From contig CM082582.2 of the NCBI GenBank assembly GCA_040954595.2, positions 6,432,303 to 6,496,302 on the forward strand: DNA of 64,000 bases. The letters run 5' to 3'. Shown piece by piece: positions 37,011 to 50,708 of this stretch (positions are counted from its first letter, which is position 1; every line of letters starts with the position of its first letter). A model generated the notes under the pieces. That model did no database searches. It was not told the DNA's origin and worked only from the letters and a program-made list of their open reading frames with translations. The position numbers and the translations under genes were made by a program. The stretch comes from Balanoglossus misakiensis. Lineage: Eukaryota; Animalia; Hemichordata.

Positions 37011-40000
37011 TCAATCTTCCCTGTACGATATCCCGGCTGATGTGAGATAGTGGGCCACCGTGAGTTCGTTGCTGGGGTCGTCTTCAAGGAGTTCCGCCAC
37101 GGTCTTCTTCCAGATGTCAAAACTGATGCAGGAACTCTGCGAGGAAGAAAGCACAGCAGGCAGTCAGTACACATACACATGTATCCTTTCATAAACCTAG
37201 ATGACAGACTGTGCATTGGATGAATCGTAAAGCAAAGTTTTAATTTGTTGAGTGTTACCAGTTTTGATGATGCATAGGCTACTGTTCTTGTCAGAACTTA
37301 CCTTTTCCAATGCAGTGCAGTCTTTGTCTTTGTGTAGGTAGTGATCCTGCCAGAAAATAAGCAGTTGCCTGAAAATGAAGCAGAGAACAACATAAATCAA
37401 CTACCCTGTTGAAAGACTCCATTATTAAGTGGAAAAATGCACCCCAATCCGACCATCCTTGCTATTGTGACCTCTGACCCGAAAAGGTCTAAAGTTGAAA
37501 GGTCACCTTTGCAGTCTGAGAAAATATCCCACTTCAAAGGAGAATTTGACATGGATCTCCCAATCACTGACCTGAAGTTACCGACAAGCAGTCCCGGGTG
37601 GCACTCCCTCTGCTCTTCGTTGCGCAGCGCTTGTAAATAGTCCGCTAGCTGTCCCTTCTGCCTGGCAAACATCAGAAACACCAGCGTCGTGTTGAGGCAA
37701 CTCACGTTCTCCTGCAAGAATGAAACCACGATGCGTCAGCACTGTTTCCAGCTCTCATACGAGGATGACAGGGGCGGATGCTACATGCCCAAGCCAGACA
37801 TGGCCAAATAGTAAACCTCATACGAACAAAATTCCTGGATGCAAAGGTCCCACATCATCACGCAAGTGGCCCATTGCAGTTATGTATGGGGGCCTGATGT
37901 TTTGGTTTGGAGAATTTCCGGAAACATGAATTCCTTGTGGTGAAGATTTGTTGAGAAACCTACCTGCGTAAGACTGGCTACTTTGATGATGTTGATGAGC
38001 TTGAACAAGAAATCAAACCGCACTTTCTTCTCTTGGATGAACTGCAGGAGACGACACTTGGTCCTCACATACTCTACAAACACACAAACAAATAAATTAA
38101 TTCAATACACAATACACCAGGAGCAATGAACACAAAGACATCATAATCTATTACATGGACATTCATCTTTGGTTTCTTTGCACATGGCAAGCATCTCTCT
38201 ATGTCATGCTTCAGACGGCATTGCCTATGGTTTCAGAATATTCAATACGCGTACTTTACAGACTTTGGTAAACGGAATTATGAGGCAGAAATCCAAAAGC
38301 CCAGATCACACACTTACCTTTGTGTTCGGTCTGTTCGGTTTCAAAGTGCTCAAGTGATAGTATCAGACAACGGATGAACATGTTGGAGTCAACAATGTTG
38401 TCCTTGATCAACTTGATGAAGTTGTAGAACTGTGGGAGGTTTGAAGAGAGACAAATAAAAAAGTCAATGCTATGAGTAGTCACAGTGGCACTTTAGTATC
38501 AGCGATAGAGGTCCATGGTGAGGCTGTGACTTTCTACCACAGTCTCAATACAAAGTCAGTGTCCATGTTCAAGGTTTATGTCCGTCAACATTGTGAGAAA
38601 GCAACTTGGTAGGATACTTTTGGTGGATCTATTGTCTGACTTGAAAAATACCAGCCCTACACACCACAGTTGCTACTTACATCGACATCACTGGTGATGC
38701 TCTTGCTAAACCTCTTGAAAGCATTGATGTTGAACTTCATCAGTTCCCCCAGCAGATCAAAGCTGCTCTGTAGGATCTCTTTGGACTTGATGTCGTTGTC
38801 AACCATGTGCCTCACTATGTGCTGCAATGTAGAAAGAGAAACATTTAGACAAAGAAAATTGTTATAATCTTTATTTCTACTAAAAGTAGACAGCTTCACT
38901 TGTTCTGCGTCTGAAATGTGTCATTTGTAGTGATTCCGACAAATGTCTGTTGCAAACAGTCTGTCCACCATATGGGCTTACCTCTAGAAGTCCCCTTCGG
39001 AGTAGAAACGTCTGGTCTGAAAATGATGTTGCTCCCCTAAGATAACTCTCTATAGCTCGACCCAACCAAAACCTGTACATGATACCATTGGGAGAGATTC
39101 AGAAGTCAATTATGACATCATGACAAGGTAAATCAAGCCAACACTCATAGCATAGGATACCGACTGCCAATTTTACTTATTTGGAAATGACTATTAACAA
39201 ACACAGCAGGTATCTGTAAGGTATGCAATAGGAAAACTGACATCAGATTTTTTTTACCAGAATGACAAGGTCATTCACTGCCTGTCCATGAACATTTACA
39301 AGGAATACTTTGATTCATTTTTTACCTGAACGGTGACTCCACAGGTTCCCGTTTGGTGGCTTCTACTATTTTGGAGAGTAGACCTTTTGGCCCATTGCAC
39401 AGTAGTTGTCTGAAGAAAGAAAAACAAAACGCATTACTTCTCTCTAGACACAAGCCCAGTCAGTCCTTTAGATTTTCCTATATGTTTTTCAGAACTAGGT
39501 TTTCAAGACACTATGTACTGACCTGTTGACGTTCTTCACTGAATCAAGTACTGGTATCCTTGCACTTGACGCTATTCTGTTGAGTTCGTTGACCTCGCTG
39601 CGGGTCAGAAGTAAAACTTTGTTTCTGTTGGCGAAAAAACAATGCACAGGTCAGTGTGACTGGAACAAACTCTCCGTTGACGATGCCTTTATTCAAATAA
39701 CGAAAACTGATTCAGTGTAAATAAAAATCTTCCAGTCAAAAGTTGGACTTACGGATGGTGGTCACAAAAACTATGTATAAGGCGGAGAAACTGGATCTTG
39801 AGCGCAATCTCCGGACTGCATTCACAATTTTCATCGTGTCCCGGGAAGGGGCGACTCCTCAGGTTGCACTTGAAGATGATCTTTTCAAATATTTCATTCA
39901 GTGCCGGTATCAGCCTGGTTTCTGCCAACATCTCTTGCACCTGGAAATATGGGTGGAGAAACATTGACTGTTGTTGTACACTAGCATCACCAAAATTCAG

Positions 40001-43000
40001 TGAATTGAGTTGAGCTGTATGACTTGAGCAAATCAAATGGCCACTTTTCTTGGAGGCACTAACTAGCCATGCATAAAGTTTGACAACTGCCAAAAAAGGA
40101 ATTATTCACAGCATACGCTTGCACACAAGGTGTGGTTCAGCCACCTGAGTATAATTCAGCATCACTTCGGCAATCATGGTAAAACAACATCAGCCAAGGC
40201 AATATCTAACGTCTGGTGCTGAGATTCCATCTGACATGCTGAGAAAAACATACCCTGTTCCTCTGTTTGCCAGTCAACAGCAGACACAGCACGTAGAGGA
40301 CCTCCACCTTGTACATGACCTCGTGCATGATCCGCATGGACTGCGGCAGGATGGGCGACGGCGACTCGCCGGACGACGACGCCCCGTCCCCGGACGCCAG
40401 GTCCAGCGGATCCAGCGGAATGGTGAGGAACACCTCGTCGTTCTGCGCCACCTCCATCAGCGCGTCGAAGGCCAGCGAGCTGTCCAGCCAGTTCACCCAG
40501 CTCTCGATCTCGCTGAACAGCGAGGGTATCGACGACTCGGCGCGGGGCAGCGCTCGGCCGGCCACCTCCACTAGTCTCTTGATGAAGTCTGGCAAATCCA
40601 CCAGGATACCTGCACAACGTAAAATACGACCAACTTTTATTGCACTGTAACATTTCCCGTACACAAACAAACACTACATTATGAGAATACGACTACTGCT
40701 TCAATGTTAGGTTCTATACCTACATTTTACAAGAGTACATCTGCAAAGGCCACAAGAAGACTTTCTAAACGTAGTTTAACCCACAGAATCATCTGAATCT
40801 GTTAGTTCTGTATTTTTAGCCTTAACCCTTTCACCACCATGGTTCAGTCCAAACCCATTGATTACTATGGTAAAGATGGACCTCTACAGAGTGAACTGGG
40901 GGTGAAAGGGTTAAAAGTTGAATGAATTGGGCATCGGCACTTCCAATTAATTACAGTAAATACCATTATACTCACCCTGGTTGATTTCCGACACAGGAAT
41001 ATTATTTTGTTTTTTGGACGCTTCGTCTTGAGCAATCAACGTTAGCCTGTCTTCAGACGACTCTAAGTCACTGACAGCGATTGACAGCACTCGACAGAAA
41101 TTGGCCAGTTGCTGCTGATCGAAGCTGTCAATAAGTGTTTGCAGATTTGCTGCAATGAGAACAACAAGCAAACAAACTCAGACAACAAGGTCGACCATAA
41201 CAGACATGATCATCATTACGTGGATTAAATTTTATTGGACGCTCAGTAAAGACTGTGCGAGGTCTCGGACCGTGTGCTCGAGCATAATACTTACAGATTT
41301 CATCTAATCGAAACATTTGCTGCCTTGATGTCAACAGGTCTTCCATCAACGTGGCAGCATTCAGGAAGCACCTCTTCTCACCCATCAATGTAAATAAATA
41401 AAGCATCAGATCATCCCGTTCAGACAGCTGGACAGACACTTTGTTTTGCTGCAAAATGTGAAGATGATAATCAAGATAAATTAGCATGTATTTGACAGGT
41501 GGACAAGGAAGAAAAATGATTATCATACAATGTAACACATTACCACTTGTGTTCCAGGAATAATGCCTCAAGATTGGGGTTTCTATAGATGATCACACTT
41601 TCCTCAATATGCACAGGTTTTGAAAAGGCATTTTGGAGAGGTCTGAACTGGGATACAATCTCTTAGCGAACAGAACTTCTGAGTGCATTGTCTTTTTTGT
41701 CTTTTACATTGGTACTTACGTTCAAGCATATATGGTGTAACACATCAAGACAGGCACAGGCCACCATCTGCAACTGTTCATGCTCTGGAACGAAATGAAA
41801 GATTGTTAGAATGGCATTTCATGGGATGAATGGACCAAAACTTTTATCAGCTCATACAGCACAGGTACGACTGAGAAAATGCATTCACACTTGCAGGTAC
41901 ATGTAGCTGTGAAGATGAACCCTCACCTTTTGATCCCTTTTTTGTTTCTATTGGATATAAGGTCGGCCTCAAAAGTATTTGTAGCGTCAACTGTAGAGGA
42001 AATACAAAATTCATTATTTGACACATATCAATGCAGAAATTTTTTCATTAAAACACCACAATCCAACTTCAAAATTTTCAAATATGGCTGTATTCAAGAT
42101 AAAAACTTGGTACTTCTTGATTCGTGAATGACTGTCACTTACTTCAATTCCCCCAAATAAGTTAAATATATCTGAGTTGACTATCCTGGTCTCTCTCCTC
42201 ACTCCGCTTCCAGGTGGATATTCGCTGGACCCTTCATGGTTCAACAGTTGGGCCACTTCCTGCCAACAAAACAGTAAACACAACACAATGAATGAATTGG
42301 CATTTTCCCTTGTGTACATGTATTGTCTCCTGAAATGCGACAATTTTTCAGGGTACAAGTCTCTCTGACTTTTGTCAACTGTGAAAGAAAATAAACACTT
42401 GTCACATTTCACATCTGGATGTTCATTGATTCAATGACTCCTAAAAGTGATCATATGTAATGCGTGAAATCAATGCACCATTCACCTTGTTCACACATTT
42501 TAAATGTCAGTTTTGATGGCAGATCTGAATCTGAAACGGTGGTAATGGACAGTCTATAAGCGTACGACGTTGACTAGACGGACTGGGTTAAGGAAAAAAA
42601 ATATCAACTAGATGCATAAATAAACTTTGAGTACTACTGAGTGAAACACGAGGTCGTTTTGAGTAAACATCGACTGTTGCATGCTGTTTATGCTAGTAAT
42701 AATCGCGCCCACGAGAAATCCCAAAGCAAGTACATGGAATATGTCGACGCACTCCTTCCATGGTACGACTTGTTGTCAATACTTGCCTTCAGTGACGATA
42801 TAGTTGACGAATAGTGAACTGTACCCGTTCCTCCTCCGGAATAGTTGGCGATTTCTTGGATTATTTGAGGTATACGAAATTGATTACTATCAAAACCCAT
42901 TCGACTTTCGGCGCTTGCTATCAACTCTTCTGGCAGCTGTAAGACGAAAGAGTAACGAAAAGAAAAGAACGTTATACAACAATCCTCAAGTGACCAATGC

Positions 43001-43188
43001 AATCAAATAACCAGAGTTCAGTGAAACAAGCCTGTTACCTTTCTTGCGGAGGTCAATCCTCGGCCAGAAGTCTGGGTTTCGAAGAACCGCTTGACAACGT
43101 TGGTCCTGCTGCTGAGCCTCGACGAATGCCCATGACGATTTTTGGTGATGTGGGATTTTTTCATCACTTTGCCGGTTAAGGTGCTCAT
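37011..43188 (-). CDS. TRPC4AP: Short transient receptor potential channel 4-associated protein (TRUSS), multi-exon
   Basis: Motifs recognised from the human protein: NLFGGIE, QLANFCRVLSIAVSD, IMHEVMYKVEVLYVLCLLLTGKQR, HDENCECSPEIALKIQFLRLIHSFCDHH, FRFWLGRAIESYLRG, LQSSFDLLGELMKFN, QENVSCLNTTLVFLMFA, FWQDHYLHKDKDCTALEKSSCISF. Start could be 43188 or the in-frame ATG at 43164. Confidence 0.95.
40822..40914. mobile_element. 85-bp MITE with TTAA target-site duplication (piggyBac-type ends)
   Basis: TTAA-CCCTTTCACC ... GGTGAAAGGG-TTAA, in a TRPC4AP intron. Two related copies lie in DNAJA2 introns. Confidence 0.8.
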
Positions 43189-44976
43189 TTTCACGACAAC
43201 TAGCGGTCAGCGGACAACTAGGCTACCTCTATCGCAGCTTCAAATGGCACATGAGCCCGTAATTGTGGTGTTATTGGGGCAGATTCGAAGAGAAGCTTGT
43301 TCCCACTTCCCCGTACAAAACAAAGATGGCTACGACCTGCGCGGTTGTACGCAACCAGCCAATCAAATCGCTTCCTTTAACCATGTGATTAGCAGACCAC
43401 TTCCGTGCTGGAAATTAGGTCATATACCGGTTATACGCACAGAAATGCCATCTAAAATAAAAAGTAAAGATATTTTAAAACGATTCTCCACACTTTCAAA
43501 CCGGGAAAAATGAGAGGGAGAATATTTCACGTGCTCATGAAAAACAATGACTGTATGGTAATTTTATATTAAAATGTAGCAGCAGATCTTTTGCATGCAA
43601 TCATCTGAATTTAAGTTTTAATCATAATTTTCATATGGAGAATTGAACACGTTTCCATATTTTTTTAACACAAGTAACGATCAGTTATTTACTGGCTCAT
43701 TTAACACTTAATTTGAGAATGTACACGACTGACATCACATACGTCATATACAGTATCACAGAGAAAAACTGTGGAGTTGCTTATGCCGTCTCACTATCGA
43801 GGGCGCTGTTTTTGACCAAGTGCTTTTCCAGCATTGCATAGGCATGCTTTTTTCTGAATATATTCAGCACATTTTTTTTCAGAAATTGCTTCATATTTTT
43901 GTAAAATGACAAAGTGAATATTTTGCCAATCAAAAACCCAGTTTATCTACCACTACTTTGGTAAAGAAAATAAACCAAGACCATCATTCAACTGACAATG
44001 GGGATGACAACTCAGTTATAATTTGACCAACTTCACACATATACAAAAGGGAGACCACAAGGTGATAATGAATGACAGGAAGTGTGCCAGATTTTTTTCA
44101 GATGGTTTTCAGTCTCAAGAAAGCTGTCGTGTAATTTTTGGGCCCATTTTTTTTTTTTAGAAAGAGAACAGTTTGTTTTAGACTATTGGGTTTGACAGAT
44201 TTCTTTCACCTCAGTATTTACAGTAAACATCTGTATCAAGGATGAATTCTCATGCAATGTTGGTGTATTTGGTTGATTCAACTGTGAAAAGAAATTTGGT
44301 TTCCACGAAAGTGCTTGTGTGAAGTTTCAACAGGGAAATGAAAAACACATCCACTTTGTTTGCTTGGTAAAAATAATACTTTATTTCTTTTTGTGAACAG
44401 AATAACAGTGGTTGGATAGCTTTCCAACAGGAGATAATACAGCTACATGATAGGAACGAAAAATTCCCACACCCAAACTGCAATATGACAACCAATGCTT
44501 GTTTTCCGTGGCTTTTTATTTGACGTTATGATGACTGGTGTGAAAACATATTTTCCACTTCAACAGGCACAAAAATGACAGCTCTTTATGCAAGTCACTG
44601 CCTGCAAATGTCAAGTACCAATCCTGGCGAGCCTACTTTGTATTTCTTGACTGCTGCCATGGTAACTGCTGGTACTACTGCCCACAGTCTAGCTAGGGGA
44701 GAAATGTCCAGATGGTCTTCAAGGTGCCATTTGGTACATCAGAAAAGACGTCGCTGATAATGAAATGACTCTCCCACACCACACCACCCCACCTGAGCAT
44801 GTGAGCTTCAAAATGGCAGAACAAAAAGCCCCACTGTGAGTTGTTTCACAACACAACTATCTCAGCTGAACATTTCCCTTATATCTTTTCACGTCCCTGC
44901 AACATTCCCTTCCCCCCAAAGTCATAGCAGATTCCATCAGTGTTCATTTGTCTGATTAACTGTCCCGTATCTGGGT

Positions 44977-47900
44977 TTAGTCACAAACTATCAGGTCCTC
45001 CTCCTCCTCTTCTTGCGGATTGTTGGCTCGTCGTTTCTTAGCAACGGGAGTGGTAGTGTCCTCATCCGATGGTCTCCTCTTTTTGCTGGTAGTGGTTTGA
45101 TCCTCCATCTCTTCATCTTCCTCCAGCACGACCAAATCATCTTCATCATCAACGACAATATCACCATTATCTTAAAATACAAATACACAAGAATTTGTAC
45201 ATCATCTGTACACATAATTCCCATCAACGCTGCAAATATTCTTCTCTCTCTGTCGATCAACCTATATGTCTATCTCACACACACACACCTAGAAATGATG
45301 TATTTACCTGTCACTGATGGTCCTGGCTGAGGCTCTTCCTCCTTCTTGTCATTGGTCGTGTTCATGGCAACATCCTCACTGGGTTTGGGCAAATCAGCGC
45401 TGTCACCCACTATTTCGAATTCTTTGTCGTCATCCAGTTTTTCATCACTGAAGTATAAAAGAAGACCAACATTTCCAGGATGTATCAATGTTTGACCCTT
45501 TTCCACACAAAAAACGTTTGTTTTCAATGGTGTTGTTGAACCCACAGACTGGGAAATGGGGGTGTGCATGTCAAACCGTTGTGAGTGGTACAAGCTGTTG
45601 CCATTGTTTCTTACATACTGTTAAACTGACACAAATCCATACCTCAGTTGTTGTTTTTAAGCAGAGATTTTTCTGGGAAAAGCAAGTACACATCATTAAC
45701 GTAAACATTTCCACTGCTAGGATACTCACGTGTGAATAACATTGACAACCAGTGTGTAATTCTGCAAAAAGTCATCTGCTATGAACCGGGATCCGTGGCC
45801 TATGATAAAGTCACTCAAAACTTTATCGTTGTTATCTGCAAACAGAAATAGCAATCGTCATCAGTAGGCAAATCCACCTCTCGCCTTGCTATCAATTTCA
45901 CTCGCACGAATCGCGGGATTATTTTTTTCCAACGTGCTTTCACCGATGGTTGTAAAATATTTGACTCCAAAAGGTCAATCCTCCCTCACCTTCAGTTTCC
46001 CCTTCTTCACTCGATATGAGTATTGTACCTTTGCCATCATCTATCTCCACATCTGGCGCTACCATGCCAAGGCGAGCCTTCAATATCTATAAAATGCAAA
46101 CAAAGTGACGTCTCTCATTCGCTCGAATCAATCTCCTGCAACACACATATCACTGACTGGCACCAGTCGAGTGGTCCTAATAATGTTAGAGGCCCACTAC
46201 ATGTGGAGAACTGCGGTGCATTTTCACAGGAATCTACATGTGTCTTCTAGAACTTTGACTGACTGGCTACTCTAATCTTTGCAGCAAAGAATGTCTTGGT
46301 GTTCTGCAATTTCTTATGCGTAATAATAATTAACAATACCTTGTCTTCCAAGTCTTTCACAGTAATTTGTTTGGTGTTGCATCTCACTGACACCTGTCAC
46401 AGACAAAAGCAAAGCATCATATTAACTTGTGAACTGAGATGGACATCAATACATGATATCAATATGTGAAGGCTGTCCATCTTCACATCAACTACATGTT
46501 TATGCTATTTTCCAAAACCACATGTTAATTGCTAATAACAATCACTGATAATTTCACCACATTTCAACCTACCTCTGGCTTTGGAGAACAAACATAACAC
46601 TTGGGATTGGGCTCAACAAGGCTGCACGGATTGAGTAACTTCTTGCGGGCATTCGGAGCTCTACTCAGATACACCTGCAACATTGGAAACACGATGACAA
46701 TATGACGACTGTATAATCAATTCAACACTGCATCTTAGGCATTCAGAAGATGATTTATTTTGTAGAGAGTACCATCCCATTCAAAGTCTCGCAAAAAATG
46801 TCAACTTACAGTTTTACATTTGTCGATGTTTCCGGCGAGAAGTTTCAAGGCTTCCAGGACGATGAGTCCGGCAATGATGGCATTGGTCGTAGCTATTGCA
46901 GGGATGATGTTGCCAGCCATGGACTTGACATCGAAACGACTCTTGGTAACGATGCCAAAGATGTGGGCTCGGATGTTGGCTGCGCTGGTGACAAAATCCA
47001 TGGACGGTGGATCATCCTGTTGGTTGTGAGTACAAAAGGGTGAGGTCTCTGAGACAGTGTGTGCTTGGGTTGTTTTATGACAGCATAAACTTGCAAAGAT
47101 TGATGGGAAGTTCAGTATCATCAGTATACTTAGTCAGTTTTCTTGATTTATATTTAGGCATTAAGATTGAGACTAGAGAGACCAAGACCGAGAGATCAAG
47201 ATCGAGATAGACAGACCAGTGAATCAGAAAAAAAAAGAGATAGAACTGACAGAACACAAATTTCTATCTCAAACTGTTCCAGCCATACCTTGTCCCAGAC
47301 AAGTTCTCCTTTCTCTTTATGCTCCTCTTTTAATTTGCCAATGGACTCCTTGAAAACCTCAGCACATTCTTGAATACTCCAGACTCGCTGGTCTTTCATT
47401 TGCCCTGGGCTATTGGTTGCACCTGCAAAAGAAGACGACATAGAATTTTTTTCACGCAATGAACCGGTATTCAATCACATGGTATAGGTCATTCTGAACA
47501 CACACAAAAAACACAGTAAAGATGATTTGCAGAATTGCAGTTTCAATATTGAGAATATAGAATACAATGTACACAGGGATGAAATCACACAACTTCAAGA
47601 GAACAATTCTGTCAAAAACAGGACACTAACTTACAGCAGTTCTCATTCTGAGGACTAATATGACTGTAAAAAGGGCGGTACAGACTGACAATAACTTGGC
47701 ATACCTTGTGTTTGTTCTTGTGTCTGTGGGATATTGTGAGCATTGTGCCAGTTGACAGGGTTTGGTGGTCTTCTTTTCTGCCACAGCTTGTCCATTGACA
47801 ACAAGTATTTTATATCATCGCAGAACAGCTGCCAATTAGGATACAATACACAGAAGTGTGAGACATAAAAATTACAAATTATAGAAATGTATTCTTTCTG

Positions 47901-50468
47901 TACAATGTCATTACATAGCACTGGAACAAGGTTGAATAAATTTCCTATGGTAGTATACTAGTTGCAGGTTCCAAAAGAGGTTGTACTGAAATATTATTTT
48001 AGGATTTTTAATTAACACTATTTGATGTTTAAACAACTGTTCCTTTGAACTCAAAGCGAGGCCAATGGGGAAATCCCCTTGATGTGATTGGTCAACTTTC
48101 CCTATTGGCCTCGCTTTGAGTTAAAAATTCAAGATGGCTATGTGAGGCTGCTTGACTTATGAAAAGGGTGTGGTGATACTCTACCTTTTGGAATATTTTG
48201 ATGGCATCGTAACCTGTACTTTCTGCCCACCCTCTTGTAGACACCCTTTGAATTCCGCCCACTACATTATCGTCAGCTTTGGATTCCAGCGCTGACCTGC
48301 CGGCATCACCGGCTGCCTCAGGATCTGCCGTGTCTGGAGAGACGTCTTGGTCCGGGTCTTCCTCACCGAATAACTGACTAAGAATCAATCAATCCAAATA
48401 TACCAGAGGTTACAGAAACTAGTTGCAGCTGACTCACTGAAATGCGAGTCTAAACACTCTTTGGTGTATTTGAGATTGATACATTTTCTATGGTATTGCT
48501 CCTTGAGATAAACATGGCAGAGTTAATTACTTACTTGAAAAGATGTTTCGCCCACACTATACAATGTATTGGTTCTGATGGTGTGTTTCGTATGGTGCAA
48601 CTTTGATAACTTTTCTGCGGTGGTTTTGGTTGGCATTCGTAGCACTCTGTGACTTGCTGTAAAAGAGCAACAATTTTTAGAAATATTATTTTCAGTTTTT
48701 CGTGTTTCTATCCAAGAATTATTGAAAAACCTCTTAGACCAGTAATAAATTAGAAGGCTACTACTGTGAAGTGACGCCTCCATTTTGTAAAATATGTTAT
48801 CCATCTAGCTACCTTTTTGATAACTGTAACCTGTCCCAGGTACCCAGCTGTTCCGCTCTCGATGAGGGGCCTGTTGGCTGCCAAACACATACGGTTGACA
48901 TGGTTACGTGCAGCTGTAAATAAAAATGCAGACCAGTATCAAAGAGTGCAATGGTAAAATTCAAATGGTCTTATGTAATCAGTTTGGCTTTTTATGTACA
49001 ACTAGGGGCTGTGGATAATTAGTATAGAGCACATGCAGGACAAACTCGTTTTATTGTGTTTTAAACTACAAAGCAATTCTATACAGTATAGTTCATTATT
49101 TGGGAAATTTCCTTACCTCTGTTGTCAAGAGCATTCATCACAACAGTAAACTGCTTAAAAAATTCTGTTCCATATTCAGGCCTGGAAATGAAAAAAAATG
49201 CAACACCAATAGCATTATAAATAAAACAGATTTTATGACAAATATATAGATATTTTTAAAACAGGCATAATCAACCACGAATTCAATCTTTTCTATTAGC
49301 TGTGTAGAATAACTGGTAGATCTACAGCATTTGCTTTGGACTCAAATTTCACCACTATTCTCAAAACCAGACTTACTTCATAATGCTGTCATGATAAGCT
49401 GTAATATCTGCATCTGGATTGAAACGTAAGGCACTCTCTTTAGCAACCTGAAAGCAAACACAGGATTGATCAGATGATTCACTGTTGATGCCACAATACA
49501 TCATGTGGATTCAAAATATTGAAAGGCATTTGAAATTTACACTTTATATGAACAACTCTGTTCAGATGATATATGGATAACCAATCTTACCACTACCAGG
49601 ACCTAAAAGTTGACTTTCTTTAAAAAAAAAATATCTACACAAGGTTATTAGGAAAGATTTGGCAGAGAAGAGTTTGTTTGGCATTCACGGCTTAGTTTGT
49701 ACATCAGTGAATGTACAATTGTAGTACTGTCTTCTTACCTGTGCCTTTGACTTGCCCACATGCTTCTTATGAAATAGAAACTGTCTGTTCAGATTGCTTA
49801 CATCAATGGTATCAAGATCAATCTACAGAATAAACAAGAGAATAAATTTTATATAGTCACTTTCTACCTATTGCAGCTCAACAAGGTGTGAATTCTCCCT
49901 TCTAGATGTAGTACATGAAGTACATGTATCATCTAGAAGGGGTCCACACCCCGTTGACAGGGTGAGAATGATGATGCTAGTGCAGACAGTTATGTGAATG
50001 TTGACGCTTGTAGTACTCAGAGTACATCATACAACATGATACACAATATAGAAAGGAGACATGTCACACAGTGACACTAGAAGTATGGTATTGGGAAACT
50101 CTTTGTGTTGCTGTCTATGCACACACGGAAAGGAGGTACCGGGACTACTATGCACGCACTCATCAGATTCAATGGAGCCGTATGCTGGGTATGAGTATTG
50201 ATCTGTTTTCATTTAGCACTGGAAAACAGCATGCGTGCGGTGTGTGTCACTTTGTTGTGTGTACACTACAGTCCATTGCCGATTTTGAATGATGTGACAA
50301 TGTCAATGTTAAAAGAAAACTCACTAGATGTATGCACTTGAATCCCGTGAGAACTAGATTCTTGATAAGCTCACAGCCTATCCCACCAGCCCCAACAACA
50401 AGAACTTTGCTATCTGACACGTTTTCTTGGAGCTCTCCGGACAAAACCTCACTTACGCCGGTCGCCAT
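44977..50468 (-). CDS. UBA2: SUMO-activating enzyme subunit 2, multi-exon
   Basis: [73 protein letters not shown] (catalytic Cys), [29 protein letters not shown], and an acidic tail with a bipartite NLS (KKRR..KKRR). Confidence 0.96.
48048..48122. repeat. Intronic inverted repeat / hairpin of about 75 nt
   Basis: AACTCAAAGCGAGGCCAAT(G)GGGAAA ... TTTCCC(T)ATTGGCCTCGCTTTGAGTT gives a 26-bp stem with one mismatch, in a UBA2 intron. Confidence 0.8.
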
Positions 50469-50708
50469 ATTTGCGTCTGTAAAGGCTCGGTTCGGATGAT
50501 AATTAATACATAAAGCTGAAGTCAAATTAACATAAAATTTCAGACAAATTATGATTTGGGACACATTTAAAATATATATACATAAAAAACTTTCTTAAAA
50601 TATAAAAATTAACAAAATATAAGTAAAGATAAGGATTGCAATGCACTACGCTCGGGAAAGAGGGTGCTAAATCTTGTTGCATGACGGGATACCGCGGTAA
50701 AATTCAAC
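50469..50708. promoter_or_regulatory. Compact bidirectional promoter of UBA2 and HAUS4
   Basis: Only 240 bp separate the two divergent start codons. Confidence 0.75.

Noticed and set aside
27266-50468. Functional clustering of DNAJA2, TRPC4AP (TNFR1/NF-kB scaffold) and UBA2 with the RHIM kinases
   Set aside because: These are conserved housekeeping genes, and adjacency in an animal genome is not evidence of a shared pathway.
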